From Asticcacaulis sp. (lineage in GTDB: Bacteria; Pseudomonadota; Alphaproteobacteria; Caulobacterales; Caulobacteraceae), in assembly GCA_047605545.1 (NCBI GenBank), contig JASGFL010000003.1, positions 14,755 through 78,754 on the forward strand: a DNA stretch of 64,000 nucleotides. Direction: 5' to 3'. Positions 10,188-19,970 of this stretch are shown here, one piece after another. Position 1 is the stretch's first letter. Each line of letters opens with the position of its first letter. The position numbers and the translations under genes were made by a program. The notes beneath the pieces are model-generated. The model did not search any database and was not told the origin of the DNA. It saw only the letters and a list, made by a program, of their open reading frames with translations.

Positions 10188-11024
10188 ATGAACAATGTCG
10201 TTCGGGCCGAGGAAGATACGGTCAGTTTTGAAGTCGTTGACGGCGTCGCGTGGGTAAAATTTAACCGCCCCGAAAAGCGTAACTGCATGTCCCCGCAGCT
10301 TAACCGCCAGATGATGCGCGTTCTGGATCAGCTTGAATATGATGATGCCGTGCATGTGCTGGTATTGTCAGGTGAGGGCACGGCCTGGTCTGCGGGTATG
10401 GATCTCAAGGAATATTTCCGCGAAAACGAGGAAAAGGGTCTTGGGGCAACCCGCGGCGCACAGCGTGAGGCCTATGGCTGGTGGCGTCGTCTGCGCTGGT
10501 ACCAGAAGCCGACCATCGCCATGATCAATGGCTGGTGCTTTGGTGGCGGCTATGGCCCTCTGTTCGCCTGTGATCTGGCCTTTGCGGCGGATGAGGCGAC
10601 CTTTGGCCTGTCGGAAATCAACTGGGGCATCCTGCCGGGTGGCGGCGCGACCAAGGTGGCCACCGAGCTTCTGCCGTTCCGTAAGGCTATGTATCACGCC
10701 CTGATGGGTGAGAATGTCGATGGCAAGACGGCGGCGGACTGGGGTCTGGTCAATGAATCTGTGCCTCTGGCGCAGCTCAAAGAGCGCGTTACCGCAGTGG
10801 CCAACGTTCTGAAGGCGAAAAATCCCGTGGCGCTCAAGGCGACAAAGGATGCGGTGCGTCGCGTCGGTGTCATGACCTATGATGAGGCAGAAGATTATCT
10901 GATCCGTGCTCAGGAAGCGGCCAATTCCTACGACAACGAAGGCCGTAAGCAGGGCATCAAACAGTTTATCGATGACAAGACCTATAAACCCGGTCTTGGC
11001 GCGTACGATAAGAGTAAGGCGTAA
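10188..11024 (+). CDS. ech: Hydroxycinnamoyl-CoA hydratase/lyase (crotonase family)
   Basis: FNRPEKRNCMSP, AWSAGMDLKEYFRE, WCFGGG, FGLSEINWGILPGG, FIDDKTYKPGLGAY. Confidence 0.93.
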   Translation: MNNVVRAEEDTVSFEVVDGVAWVKFNRPEKRNCMSPQLNRQMMRVLDQLEYDDAVHVLVLSGEGTAWSAGMDLKEYFRENEEKGLGATRGAQREAYGWWRRLRWYQKPTIAMINGWCFGGGYGPLFACDLAFAADEATFGLSEINWGILPGGGATKVATELLPFRKAMYHALMGENVDGKTAADWGLVNESVPLAQLKERVTAVANVLKAKNPVALKATKDAVRRVGVMTYDEAEDYLIRAQEAANSYDNEGRKQGIKQFIDDKTYKPGLGAYDKSKA

Positions 11025-11030
11025 CTGTAA

Positions 11031-11063
11031 GCCTGTCTGTCCGTCTTGTGCGGGCAGACAGGC
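11031..11063. other. 13-bp intergenic stem-loop between ech and fcs, without a U tract
   Basis: GCCTGTCTGTCCG-TCTTGTG-CGGGCAGACAGGC. Confidence 0.7.
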
Positions 11064-11144
11064 GCTCTTCTGAGCTGCGAACCTTAACAAAGGCGCAGTG
11101 CGTCAACGCAACGCAAACAACCGAACAGAGTTGAGGAAAAAGGG

Positions 11145-12644
11145 ATGTCCAGCCTGGCCGCAGATGCCATAGCGTCGCATGCCGCTGCCCAGCCGCACAA
11201 GCTGGCAATCTATGATTACGGGCGCGAACGCGGATTCAGCTATGCGCAGCTGGAGCATCTGATCAATGATGTGGCTGCCGATATTGAGCGCCGCATAGGA
11301 TCGGATTGCGCAAGCCAGCGTATCGCCGTCATCGCCCGCAACAGTATCGAGATCATGGCCGTCATGTATGCGGCTAACCGTTTGGGGGCGATTTTCCTGC
11401 CCCTGAACTGGAGGCTCAGCCCGCATGAAACCGCTACATTGGCGGCTGATTGTGAGCCTGCCCTGACCTATTATCAGCCCGAATTTGCCGCTCAGGCCGA
11501 TGCCATTGCCTCAGGCATAAGGGTTGAGGTCACCGATGCGCTTCTGACGCCGACCCAAAGTCCGGTAAGGGTGTCCGCTGCGACTTCGGATCAGCCGCTG
11601 ATTATTCTTTATACGTCAGGGACGACGGGAACACCCAAGGGCGTGGTCATAACGACGCAAAACGCCCTGAGTTCGTCTGAAAATTTTGCCTCGGTTGCGT
11701 GGGTGAACCGCGAGTCGGTGCTGCTGTGTGATAATCCGTTGTTCCACACGATGGGCCTGATTGCCATCAGCCGGACGACCTTGCAGGTCGGGGCGAGCCT
11801 TTATCTGTCGCCGGTGTTTTCACCGGATACGACACTGGCCAGACTGTCTGATCCCAAGCTGGGTATTACCCATTATTTCTGCGTCCCGCAGATGACACAG
11901 ATGATGCGTCAGTGCGATGGGTTTGACCCTGAGGCGCTGCGTAATCTGGTGGCCCTGTTTGTCGGGGGTGCGCCACTGTCGCCTGAGCTGGCGGCGCGCT
12001 GGCAGGCGGACAATATCCGCATTATCAATGGCTATGGCATGTCGGAAACCGGCACGGCCATTCACATGGAAATCGATGACGATAAGGGTCAGCGCGAAAA
12101 GCCTTCGAGCATAGGTAAGCCTGCGCCCCTGATCGATATTTCGGTAAGAGACAGCGAAGGCAACGAAGTGCCTGATGGTCAGGTGGGCGAGGCCTGGCTG
12201 CGCGGCCCCAATGTGTCGTTACGTTACTGGAACCATACGGCCGCTGCGGCTGATAGCTTTCGTGGGGAATGGTATCGCTCCGGCGATGCGGTGATCCGCG
12301 ACACTGAGGGCTATTACAGCCTCGTCGGGCGGTTTAAGGACATGTATATTTCCGGTGGCGAGAACGTCTATCCGGCGGAAATCGAAGGCGTTATTGCCGA
12401 CATGGACGGCGTGCGCGAAGTGGCGGTTGTCGGTGTGCCTGACGAAAAGTGGGGCGAAATCGGCGTGGCGGTTGTTCAGTGTAAACCTGACGCGGTTCTG
12501 GATGAGGCCCGTATCATCGCCCGATGCCGTGAGCGACTGGCCCACTATAAGGCCCCCAAGCGCGTCACCTTTGTCGAAGATTTACCGCGTACCGGTTCGG
12601 GCAAGGTCAATAAGGTGGAAATCCGCAAGACACTGACCCTCTGA
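11145..12644 (+). CDS. fcs: Acyl-CoA ligase, probable feruloyl/p-coumaroyl-CoA synthetase
   Basis: YTSGTTGTPKG, NGYGMSET, WYRSGD, GRFKDMYISGGENVYPAEIE, LPRTGSGK. The substrate is inferred from the vdh-ech context. Confidence 0.75.
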   Translation: MSSLAADAIASHAAAQPHKLAIYDYGRERGFSYAQLEHLINDVAADIERRIGSDCASQRIAVIARNSIEIMAVMYAANRLGAIFLPLNWRLSPHETATLAADCEPALTYYQPEFAAQADAIASGIRVEVTDALLTPTQSPVRVSAATSDQPLIILYTSGTTGTPKGVVITTQNALSSSENFASVAWVNRESVLLCDNPLFHTMGLIAISRTTLQVGASLYLSPVFSPDTTLARLSDPKLGITHYFCVPQMTQMMRQCDGFDPEALRNLVALFVGGAPLSPELAARWQADNIRIINGYGMSETGTAIHMEIDDDKGQREKPSSIGKPAPLIDISVRDSEGNEVPDGQVGEAWLRGPNVSLRYWNHTAAAADSFRGEWYRSGDAVIRDTEGYYSLVGRFKDMYISGGENVYPAEIEGVIADMDGVREVAVVGVPDEKWGEIGVAVVQCKPDAVLDEARIIARCRERLAHYKAPKRVTFVEDLPRTGSGKVNKVEIRKTLTL

Positions 12645-12673
12645 TCCGTCCCCAATCTCCTCCCTACTCAAGC

Positions 12674-12724
12674 GCGGCGGCCACTCAGCGTCCCCTACCT
12701 CAACTTGGCCGCCGCCTTTTTTTC
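12674..12724 (+). terminator. Intrinsic terminator after fcs with an unusually large C-rich loop
   Basis: GCGGCGGCCA / TGGCCGCCGC stem, 22-nt loop, T8 tail. Confidence 0.7.
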
Positions 12725-12736
12725 CTGAAATTCAGA

Positions 12737-13687
12737 CTACAGATCCAGTATCAGAAGCGGCGATTTCGCACGTGAACAGCAGGGCGTAAACTGTGTGTTT
12801 GACGCCTGTTCCTCTTCGGTCAGATACTGATCACGATGGTCCGGTACACCTTCGATCACGCCGGTCAGGCAGGTGCCACAGATGCCCTGTTCACACGACA
12901 GGGAGATGAAGACTCCGTTCGCTTCCATCGCCTGAGCGACCGTCTGATCCGGTTCGACATCAAATTCCTGACCTGTGGAATTGATGCGTATCTTGAACCA
13001 GCCGTCATCCGCCAGGCTTTGCGTCTGGGGCGTGAAATATTCGCGGTGTAAATCGGCTTCGGCCCAGCCTGCGGCGCGCGAAGCGTCAAGGACATGGTTC
13101 ATGAAGGCGTCAGGGCCGCAGACATAAAGATGGGTACCCGTCTGAGGGGCCTTTACCAGATCACTGACGGGATATTGTGTGTCGGGTTCGGCATCAAAGT
13201 GCAGGTGCACTGATGCTGCATAAGGGGCCTGAGACAGACGCTCCAGAAAGCCCGCCATGTCACGTGCGCGCGCATAGTAATGCAGTTCAAACGGCGCAGA
13301 TCTGGCCCACAGGTCTTCGGCCATGCTGAGAATGGGCGTAATCCCAATACCGCCAGCGATCAGCAGGCTTTTTTGGGCCTCGGATGCCAGCGGGAACAGG
13401 TTGCGCGGCTCAGAGATACGCAGGCGTGTGCCGACGGTGATCTGATCGTGCATGGCCTTTGATCCGCCGCGCGATACCGCTTCCTTAAGCACGCCAATAA
13501 CGTATCGATGGGTTTCCGAAGGTGCATTGGACAGGGAATACTGACGCACAAGACTGTCGGTAATATGCACATCAATGTGCGATCCGGCACCAAAGGCCGG
13601 AAGTGCTGCGCCATTGACGGCCCTTAGCTCAAAACGGCGGATAAGCGCGGTTTCGTCGGTGATATCTGTGACTTCTATCTCAATCAT
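12737..13687 (-). CDS. vanB: Vanillate O-demethylase reductase (PDR/VanB; FMN and 2Fe-2S)
   Basis: GSHIDVH, RQYSL, SRGGS, AGGIGITP, YVCGP, CEQGICGTC...CCS. Confidence 0.92.
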   Translation of the reverse strand: MIEIEVTDITDETALIRRFELRAVNGAALPAFGAGSHIDVHITDSLVRQYSLSNAPSETHRYVIGVLKEAVSRGGSKAMHDQITVGTRLRISEPRNLFPLASEAQKSLLIAGGIGITPILSMAEDLWARSAPFELHYYARARDMAGFLERLSQAPYAASVHLHFDAEPDTQYPVSDLVKAPQTGTHLYVCGPDAFMNHVLDASRAAGWAEADLHREYFTPQTQSLADDGWFKIRINSTGQEFDVEPDQTVAQAMEANGVFISLSCEQGICGTCLTGVIEGVPDHRDQYLTEEEQASNTQFTPCCSRAKSPLLILDL

Positions 13688-14760
13688 TAGCTTGCCATTT
13701 CCGCCGCAATCAGACGGTCTATGATGCGTCGGGACTGTACGCCGCCCGCGTCTATGTTGAGCTTTAGCAGGTTACGCTCTGGCCATGCCAGCAGATTAGC
13801 CTGCTGACGTTCAAGCATTTCAAGGTCTTCGCTGAAAATCTTGCCCTGTCCTTCGCGGATGGAATCCGTCAGTGCGGCATCGTCTGGTTTGAAGTTGCGC
13901 GCCATGCCCCAGAAATACCAGTGAGAGGTCTCTGATTCAGGGGTGATGAAATCCACAACAATGCTCGAAGCCTTGTCTTCGGCAGGGGCTTCGTAGCCGC
14001 CCTTGCCGCTGAGGGCCACGCCTACCTCGATCAGCACATGGCTGGGGGGGCTGAAGTGACAGACCTGCCAGCGGTCAACCACTGCATCTTCGGGCAGGCC
14101 GTTGGCCTTCAACGCCATGCGCCAGAAGGGCGGGGCATGAATAGAGTCCATAAAGCGCGAGGTAATAACCGCGTCTTCATCAACGCGCGTATTTACCGGC
14201 GCTTCGTCGATTTCCTTCTGGCCGATTGAGGTCGCATGCACATAGGTTTCATGCGTCAGATCCATCAGGTTGTCGATCATCAGGCGATAGTCGCATTTGA
14301 TGTGATACAGGCCGCCGCCATAGGCCCACTGGTCGCTTTCGGCCCAGTGCAGTTCGGGCATGCGCGACGCATCTGCGCTGTCGTAGCTGTCGGCCCAGAC
14401 CCAGACAAAGCCGTAACGTTCAATGGCGGCGAATTTGCGAATGGCCGGAAAGCCACGCACCCGTTGCCCCGGCATGGACTCCGCCTTGCCTTCGCACCCC
14501 ATAGACAGGCCATGATAGCCGCACACCAGATTGCCGTTTTCAACATATCCAAGCGACAAAGGCGCGCCCCTGTGGGGGCAGAAATCCTCAAGGGCCACCG
14601 GCTGATTGTCGGCACCGCGATAGATGACCATGCGCTCACCGCAGATCTGGCGGCCCAGCGGACGATTGTCGATCTCATCCGAGGTGCAGGCCACGTACCA
14701 CTGCTGCTTTGGCCATGTTGAAGTCATAGGCTTTTCAGCCTGAGTTTGTGTGCTGGACAT
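13687..14760 (-). CDS. vanA: Vanillate O-demethylase Rieske oxygenase subunit
   Basis: Rieske CPHRGAPLSLG...CGYHG; mononuclear Fe DNLMDLTHETYVH...EDLEMLE; KLNIDAGG. ATG 14760 has an AGAGGA ribosome-binding site, so it is preferred over the track start at 14820. Confidence 0.93.
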   Translation of the reverse strand: MSSTQTQAEKPMTSTWPKQQWYVACTSDEIDNRPLGRQICGERMVIYRGADNQPVALEDFCPHRGAPLSLGYVENGNLVCGYHGLSMGCEGKAESMPGQRVRGFPAIRKFAAIERYGFVWVWADSYDSADASRMPELHWAESDQWAYGGGLYHIKCDYRLMIDNLMDLTHETYVHATSIGQKEIDEAPVNTRVDEDAVITSRFMDSIHAPPFWRMALKANGLPEDAVVDRWQVCHFSPPSHVLIEVGVALSGKGGYEAPAEDKASSIVVDFITPESETSHWYFWGMARNFKPDDAALTDSIREGQGKIFSEDLEMLERQQANLLAWPERNLLKLNIDAGGVQSRRIIDRLIAAEMAS

Positions 14761-14782
14761 GGGGTTTCCTCTGGTGCATTTT

Positions 14783-14794
14783 ATTGGATCCAAT
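14783..14794. promoter_or_regulatory. VanR operator (VanO)
   Basis: Perfect palindrome ATTGGATCCAAT, the known Caulobacter crescentus VanR site. It lies 23 nt upstream of vanA, with a TTGACG -35 box on the minus strand at 14820-14815. Confidence 0.88.
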
Positions 14795-14917
14795 TTGTCG
14801 CACAGAGATGCGGGCGTCAATAAAAAAGTTATAACTTATACTAAATATTCCTGATCTGAGTTTTTGCGGTAATAAGTGTCATTATAGCGCAGATCGGTCG
14901 CAACGGATGGAACAGAT

Positions 14918-15613
14918 ATGAGCAAGGTGGGTGAGCAGGTTCTGGTGACTTTGCGCAAGCTGATCGCTTCGGGCGAGCTGGCGGCCGGTGCGCGTATGGC
15001 CGAGATTCCGACGGCGGAGCGCCTTAATGTATCGCGTCAGCCGGTGCGCATGGCGTTTCGGGCACTGGCGCAGGAAGGGCTGCTGGAACCGTCCGGTGCG
15101 CGTGGTTACAGGGTGCGTCAGGTGACGACCCTTCAGATTGTCGGAGCGGTTGAGGTGCGTGGCGTGCTTGAAGGGCTGGCGGCACGTCAGGTGGCGCAGA
15201 ACGGATTATCGGTCACGCTGAAAAAGGCTTTTTCCGACTGTTTAAAGCTTGGGGATGCGTTGTTTGACAAGGGATATCTTACCGAACCCGACCTTGTCTC
15301 CTATCAGGATATGAACAACCGTTTTCATCAGCTTTTGCTTGAGGCTAGCGCCAATCCGGCCATTGGCAATGCCCTGTCGCGCAATGATCATCTGCCGTTT
15401 GCCTCGGTGCGGGCATTGACCGCGGATCGGGAAAATATGGCGCGGGAATATGTGCGTCTGAAAACCGCACACGCCCAGCACCATCAGGTTTTCGAGGCCC
15501 TTCTGGGCGGTGACGCCGATGTGGCTGAACGCCTTATGCGTGACCATGCCCGTGCGACACTGGCCTATATTGATATCTATGACCGCAGTGTGAGCGATCT
15601 GACCGAGGCGTGA
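14918..15613 (+). CDS. vanR: GntR/FadR-family vanillate-responsive repressor
   Basis: GntR helix-turn-helix (LAAGARMAE...LNVSRQPVRMA) plus FCD domain (NNRFH, AQHHQVFEAL). Divergent from vanA across VanO. Confidence 0.88.
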   Translation: MSKVGEQVLVTLRKLIASGELAAGARMAEIPTAERLNVSRQPVRMAFRALAQEGLLEPSGARGYRVRQVTTLQIVGAVEVRGVLEGLAARQVAQNGLSVTLKKAFSDCLKLGDALFDKGYLTEPDLVSYQDMNNRFHQLLLEASANPAIGNALSRNDHLPFASVRALTADRENMAREYVRLKTAHAQHHQVFEALLGGDADVAERLMRDHARATLAYIDIYDRSVSDLTEA

Positions 15614-15637
15614 AACAACGCTTGTCAAATCCCATAT

Positions 15638-15652
15638 GTTATGATCTATAAT
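15638..15652. promoter_or_regulatory. Imperfect inverted repeat upstream of the MFS gene (candidate MarR operator)
   Basis: GTTAT-GATCT-ATAAT, overlapping a TATAAT box, with TTGTCA at 15622-15627. Confidence 0.45.
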
Positions 15653-15697
15653 TATAAAAAATAATAAAACGCATCACCTGCGTCTCAGGAGAGAAAC

Positions 15698-16936
15698 ATG
15701 ACCGCCCAGCTTAACCAAGCTGCAGATGCGCCTGCGCCCAAGATGTCGCCGGCGATGTTTGCATTTCTGATTTTTGTCTGCATGCTCGTCATGCTGTTCG
15801 AAGGGTTTGACATTCAGGCTCTGGGCGTGGTTGCGCCCATCGTCATGCCGTTGCTGGGGCTTGATCCGGCGCAGGCAGGGCAGGTGTTCAGTGCGGCTCA
15901 GATCGGTGTTGTGCTTGGGGCGCTGATCGGTGGCAAGCTGTCGGATATCTGGGGGCGGCGTAATGTGCTGATCCTTGCGACGGTGATTTTTGGGGCCTTT
16001 ACTTTGGCCACGGCCTTTGCCTTCAATTTCTATTCGCTGCTGCTGGTGCGGGCCATAGCCGGTTTCGGGCTGGGCGCCGCCATGCCCAATGTGATTGGCA
16101 TGGCAGTTGAAGCCGCGCCACCCAAACATCGTATCAAGGCCGTGACCATGATCATGGCCGGTATGCCGATGGGCGGGGCCTGCGTCTCCTTGTTTGCGGC
16201 CCTGTTCATGAAGAACTTCGGATGGGAATCCCTGTTCTGGATCGGGGGCGTACTGCCGATTATTCTGGCGGGCTTTTTGTTCATCCTGCCGGATATCCGT
16301 ATCGCCAGACCTAAGCCCGATGCAGCGGCCACGGCTCGTAAGGATGGTATTGGCGTTTTGTTTTCCGAAGGTCGGGTGCTCAGCACGCTGTTGCTTTGGT
16401 GTGTGCTGCTGATGACCGCCAGTGTGCTCTATATGATGCTGAACTGGCTACCCAGCCTTATGACGGCGCGTGGTTTTGACCTGTCGCTGGCGCAGATGAC
16501 CTCTATGGTCTTCAATCTGGTCAGCGTGGTGGGAACGCTTGCTTTCGGGGTGATCGTCGATCGTTACGGCTATAAGCAGGCCCTGCCGCTGGCGTTTGTC
16601 GGCTTTCTGGCCGGTATCTGCGGCATGGCCTTTACGGGCGATCCGACGCCGCTGCTCATCAGTGTGGGTATAACCGGCTTCTTTATGATGGGGGCGCAAT
16701 ATTCGCTGAATGGCATTACGCCCATGTATTATCCGCCGGCTGTGCGGGGACTTGGTACGGGGGCTGCGCTGGCGGTCGGGCGTATCGGCTCGATCATTGG
16801 CCCGCTGATTGCCGGTTATGTCTTTAAGGCAGGCTATGGGCCGGTGGGCGTAGCCCTGACCATGATTCCGATGGTGGTGATTGCGGGTCTGGCCATGCTG
16901 GTTCTGGCGCGTAAATCCAGAGTGCTCGAATCCTGA
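15698..16936 (+). CDS. MFS aromatic acid:H+ symporter (AAHS; VanK/HcaK/MhpT-like)
   Basis: FEGFDIQ, motif A GKLSDIWGRRNVL, RAIAGFGLGAAMP, RGLGTGAALAVGRIGSIIGP. About 12 transmembrane segments. Confidence 0.88.
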   Translation: MTAQLNQAADAPAPKMSPAMFAFLIFVCMLVMLFEGFDIQALGVVAPIVMPLLGLDPAQAGQVFSAAQIGVVLGALIGGKLSDIWGRRNVLILATVIFGAFTLATAFAFNFYSLLLVRAIAGFGLGAAMPNVIGMAVEAAPPKHRIKAVTMIMAGMPMGGACVSLFAALFMKNFGWESLFWIGGVLPIILAGFLFILPDIRIARPKPDAAATARKDGIGVLFSEGRVLSTLLLWCVLLMTASVLYMMLNWLPSLMTARGFDLSLAQMTSMVFNLVSVVGTLAFGVIVDRYGYKQALPLAFVGFLAGICGMAFTGDPTPLLISVGITGFFMMGAQYSLNGITPMYYPPAVRGLGTGAALAVGRIGSIIGPLIAGYVFKAGYGPVGVALTMIPMVVIAGLAMLVLARKSRVLES

Positions 16937-16984
16937 TTGGCAACAGGTAAAGTAATATATAAGTAAATTTGTCTGTTTTATTGC

Positions 16985-16999
16985 CGCAATATTATTGCG
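16985..16999. promoter_or_regulatory. Perfect palindrome upstream of TBDR-1
   Basis: CGCAATA-T-TATTGCG, followed by CAATATTG at 17002-17009, in an AT-rich spacer. Confidence 0.45.
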
Positions 17000-17188
17000 T
17001 TCAATATTGTGCGCCGAAAATCAGGCAATGTTGCTTTTATAACACTGTATCTGAATTTGTTTATTTAGAAACGACTTGTGGGCAATTGTCGGATTGACCG
17101 TTCCAAATCATAATGATTATCTGAAATATCTAAATGATGGTTCGCCATCTAAAATCACAAAAATAAACTCAGGGATGAAAAGGTAATA

Positions 17189-19861
17189 ATGATGAGCAAA
17201 GGTAAAAGCTATAATCTGAGACTGGCTGTATTGCTGCAAACCACAGCGGTGGCTGCACTTGTACTGGCGGCACCAGCCTATGCCCAGGCCCAGACGGATG
17301 AGACTGAGGCTTCGGATGTGACCGAAGTGGTCGTGACCGGTTCGCGTATTCGCGGCGTGGCAGCGGTTGGCTCCAACCTGGTGTCGCTGGGTGTTGATGA
17401 CATTCAGAAATCCGGTGCCACCTCAACGGCAGACCTTCTGAAAGAAGTGCCGCAAATCACTTCGCTGGGGATCAATGCCGAAGGGTCAATGGGGCCTGCG
17501 GCACCGTCAAACGTGACGCGCGCCACGGCACCGAACCTGCGCGGTATCGGGCCAACCGCGACCCTGACCCTGCTGGATGGTCAGCGCGTATCGAACGCCG
17601 GTACACAGGGTCAATTGGTCGATCCGTCCTTCCTGCCGCCTCTGGCCTTGCAACGCATCGAAGTGATCGCGGACGGCGCTTCGGCCATCTATGGGTCGGA
17701 CGCTGTGGCGGGTGTGGTCAACCTGATCCCGCGCAAGCGTTTTCAGGGACTTGAGGTTTCGGCCCGCGCCGGTTTCGCCGACGGTTATGACGAGCATCAG
17801 TTCGGCGGTATTTTCGGTAAGTCCTGGGAAGGCGGTAATCTGGTTGTTGCCGCTGACTATGTTCACAACAGCTATCTGAGCAATGCGGACCGCGACTTTA
17901 TCTCGTCTGACCGCCGCTGGTTTGGCGGGGCCAATGGCGGGGCGACGACCTGTGCGCCCGGCAATATTCGTCATGGCACGGACACCTATGCCTTGCCGGA
18001 TGGTAATGGTCAGAATGTCCTGATCGGCGGTCTGACGGCCGGTGCGTTCCGTCTGTGTGACCGCGTAGGCTATGACGCCCTGATACCGGAAATGACGCGC
18101 AAAAGCGTCTATGCCTATGTTGAGCAGGAAATTAACGAAGACCTGAAATTCTTCGCGCAGGCCTTCTATTCAGGCCGTGAATCGCAGTCTAGCCGCAGCC
18201 AGTTCAGCGTTTCAAACTACACCCTGCCAACGACCAACGCCTTCTATCCGACCGATGCCACTCAGGCGATCGTCGTCAACTATTCTCTGGCCGAAGAACT
18301 GGGGCCGAACCATGGCACGGGCCTCAGCGATGTCTATCAGGTTCTGATGGGGGTTGAAGGCAATGCCGGTCAGTTCCGGTATAAGCTCAGCGGCTCGGTC
18401 GGTCAGGGCAAGGAACAGGAAATTCAGGACAATCGGATCAATGCCTATGCCCTTGATCAGGCGCTGCGCAGTTCGGATCCGAATACGGCCCTCAATGTGC
18501 TCGGCAGCCCAGGTTCCAACAATCAGTCTGTGCTTGATGCCATCCAGACCGGTTACTGGCGCATTCGCGGCACCAGCGGCCTGCGCACCTTGTCGGCCAG
18601 TTCCGATGGCCCGCTGTTCAGCATTTCCGGCGGTGATGTACGTGTCGCCTTTGGTGCCGAAGTGCGTGAGGAGACCTTTGACTCCTTCCATACCCAGCAT
18701 TCTAACCGCAACTCACCTGAGCCGGTTATTGCGGTCAGCGGCACCCAGCGTCAGGTCAAGGCGGTTTATGGTGAAGTCTTCTTCCCGTTTGTCAGTGCCT
18801 CCAATGCCCTGCCGTTTGTTAAGCGGCTTGATCTGTCGGTCGCCGGTCGCTGGGAAGAATACAGCGACTTTGGTACCACCAGTAATCCGAAGATCGGTGT
18901 GAACTATGCGCCGCTGGATGACCTGACTTTCCGCGCATCCTATGGAACGTCCTTCCGCGCCCCAAGCCTGTCGGAAATCGATCCGAAGGTCAGTGGTTCG
19001 GGTATCTATCAGGGCACCCAGACCATTCCGGGCCGCGGGCTGGTTCAGTATGCGGCGGTCGCCGGTGGTAACCCCGACCTGAAGCCTGAAGAAGCGACGA
19101 CCAAGTCCTTCGGCTTTGACTGGGCACCGAACTATATCAGCGGTCTGAAACTCAGCGTCACCTACTTCGATATCGAGTACAAGGATCAGATCGTTGACGG
19201 CTTTGGTCAGTTGGGTACCTATCTGCGCGAACCGCAGAACTATGTGGGCTTTGTCGCCTATCCCGGTGACAGCGACTACAACCGTATCCGTGACCTGATT
19301 GAAACCTCAGGCTTCATTGAACCGGGCACCATCAACTATACGGGCATTGCGGTTCTTAATGCACGTCGCGCCAATACTGACAGCGTCAAGGTCAATGGTG
19401 TCGATCTTCAGGCCAGCCATGTCTGGTACACCGACACCTATGGTGATTTCACCCTGCGCGGTAACGCCACCAACTATCTGACCTATAAGACCCAGTCGGG
19501 TTCGGGCACCTATGTCAGCCGTCTGAACAATATCGCCTATCCGGCGGAATGGTCAGGCCGCGTTACCGGTGGCTGGGAAAAGGGCGGTCTGAGTGCGCAG
19601 GTGTCGGTTGACTATACCAACAGCTATAACAACACCTTCTCGCTTCTGCTGCCGACGGTGAAATCCTACACCAAGGTGGATGCTGACCTTGCCTATCGCT
19701 TCAATGGTGAAGGCCTGAGAGAAGGTCTGCGGATTGGTCTGAACGTCCGTAACCTGTTCGACAAGAACCCGCCGGTTGTCGATAACGGCAATGGCTATGA
19801 CCCGTCCAAAGCCAGTGCGCTGGGCCGCGTTGTGGCCGTAACCCTCAATAAGAAGTGGTAA
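17189..19861 (+). CDS. TonB-dependent receptor (TBDR-1), 890 aa
   Basis: Signal peptide, TonB box EVVVTGSRI, plug motif ADGASAIYGSDAVAGVVNLI, C-terminal NVRNLFDKNPP...LNKKW. Confidence 0.95.
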   Translation: MMSKGKSYNLRLAVLLQTTAVAALVLAAPAYAQAQTDETEASDVTEVVVTGSRIRGVAAVGSNLVSLGVDDIQKSGATSTADLLKEVPQITSLGINAEGSMGPAAPSNVTRATAPNLRGIGPTATLTLLDGQRVSNAGTQGQLVDPSFLPPLALQRIEVIADGASAIYGSDAVAGVVNLIPRKRFQGLEVSARAGFADGYDEHQFGGIFGKSWEGGNLVVAADYVHNSYLSNADRDFISSDRRWFGGANGGATTCAPGNIRHGTDTYALPDGNGQNVLIGGLTAGAFRLCDRVGYDALIPEMTRKSVYAYVEQEINEDLKFFAQAFYSGRESQSSRSQFSVSNYTLPTTNAFYPTDATQAIVVNYSLAEELGPNHGTGLSDVYQVLMGVEGNAGQFRYKLSGSVGQGKEQEIQDNRINAYALDQALRSSDPNTALNVLGSPGSNNQSVLDAIQTGYWRIRGTSGLRTLSASSDGPLFSISGGDVRVAFGAEVREETFDSFHTQHSNRNSPEPVIAVSGTQRQVKAVYGEVFFPFVSASNALPFVKRLDLSVAGRWEEYSDFGTTSNPKIGVNYAPLDDLTFRASYGTSFRAPSLSEIDPKVSGSGIYQGTQTIPGRGLVQYAAVAGGNPDLKPEEATTKSFGFDWAPNYISGLKLSVTYFDIEYKDQIVDGFGQLGTYLREPQNYVGFVAYPGDSDYNRIRDLIETSGFIEPGTINYTGIAVLNARRANTDSVKVNGVDLQASHVWYTDTYGDFTLRGNATNYLTYKTQSGSGTYVSRLNNIAYPAEWSGRVTGGWEKGGLSAQVSVDYTNSYNNTFSLLLPTVKSYTKVDADLAYRFNGEGLREGLRIGLNVRNLFDKNPPVVDNGNGYDPSKASALGRVVAVTLNKKW

Positions 19862-19866
19862 AACCT

Positions 19867-19899
19867 AAGGCCGCCGTGTTCCGACGCGGCGGCCTTTTT
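19867..19899 (+). terminator. Intrinsic terminator/attenuator after TBDR-1
   Basis: AAGGCCGCCGTG-TTCCGA-CGCGGCGGCCTT followed by T5. Confidence 0.75.
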
Positions 19900-19970
19900 C
19901 AAACCTTTTCAGGATGAATTCAGGGATAGCCGGATCGCGCTCAGACGCGACCGTAAAAAAGGGAAGACAC

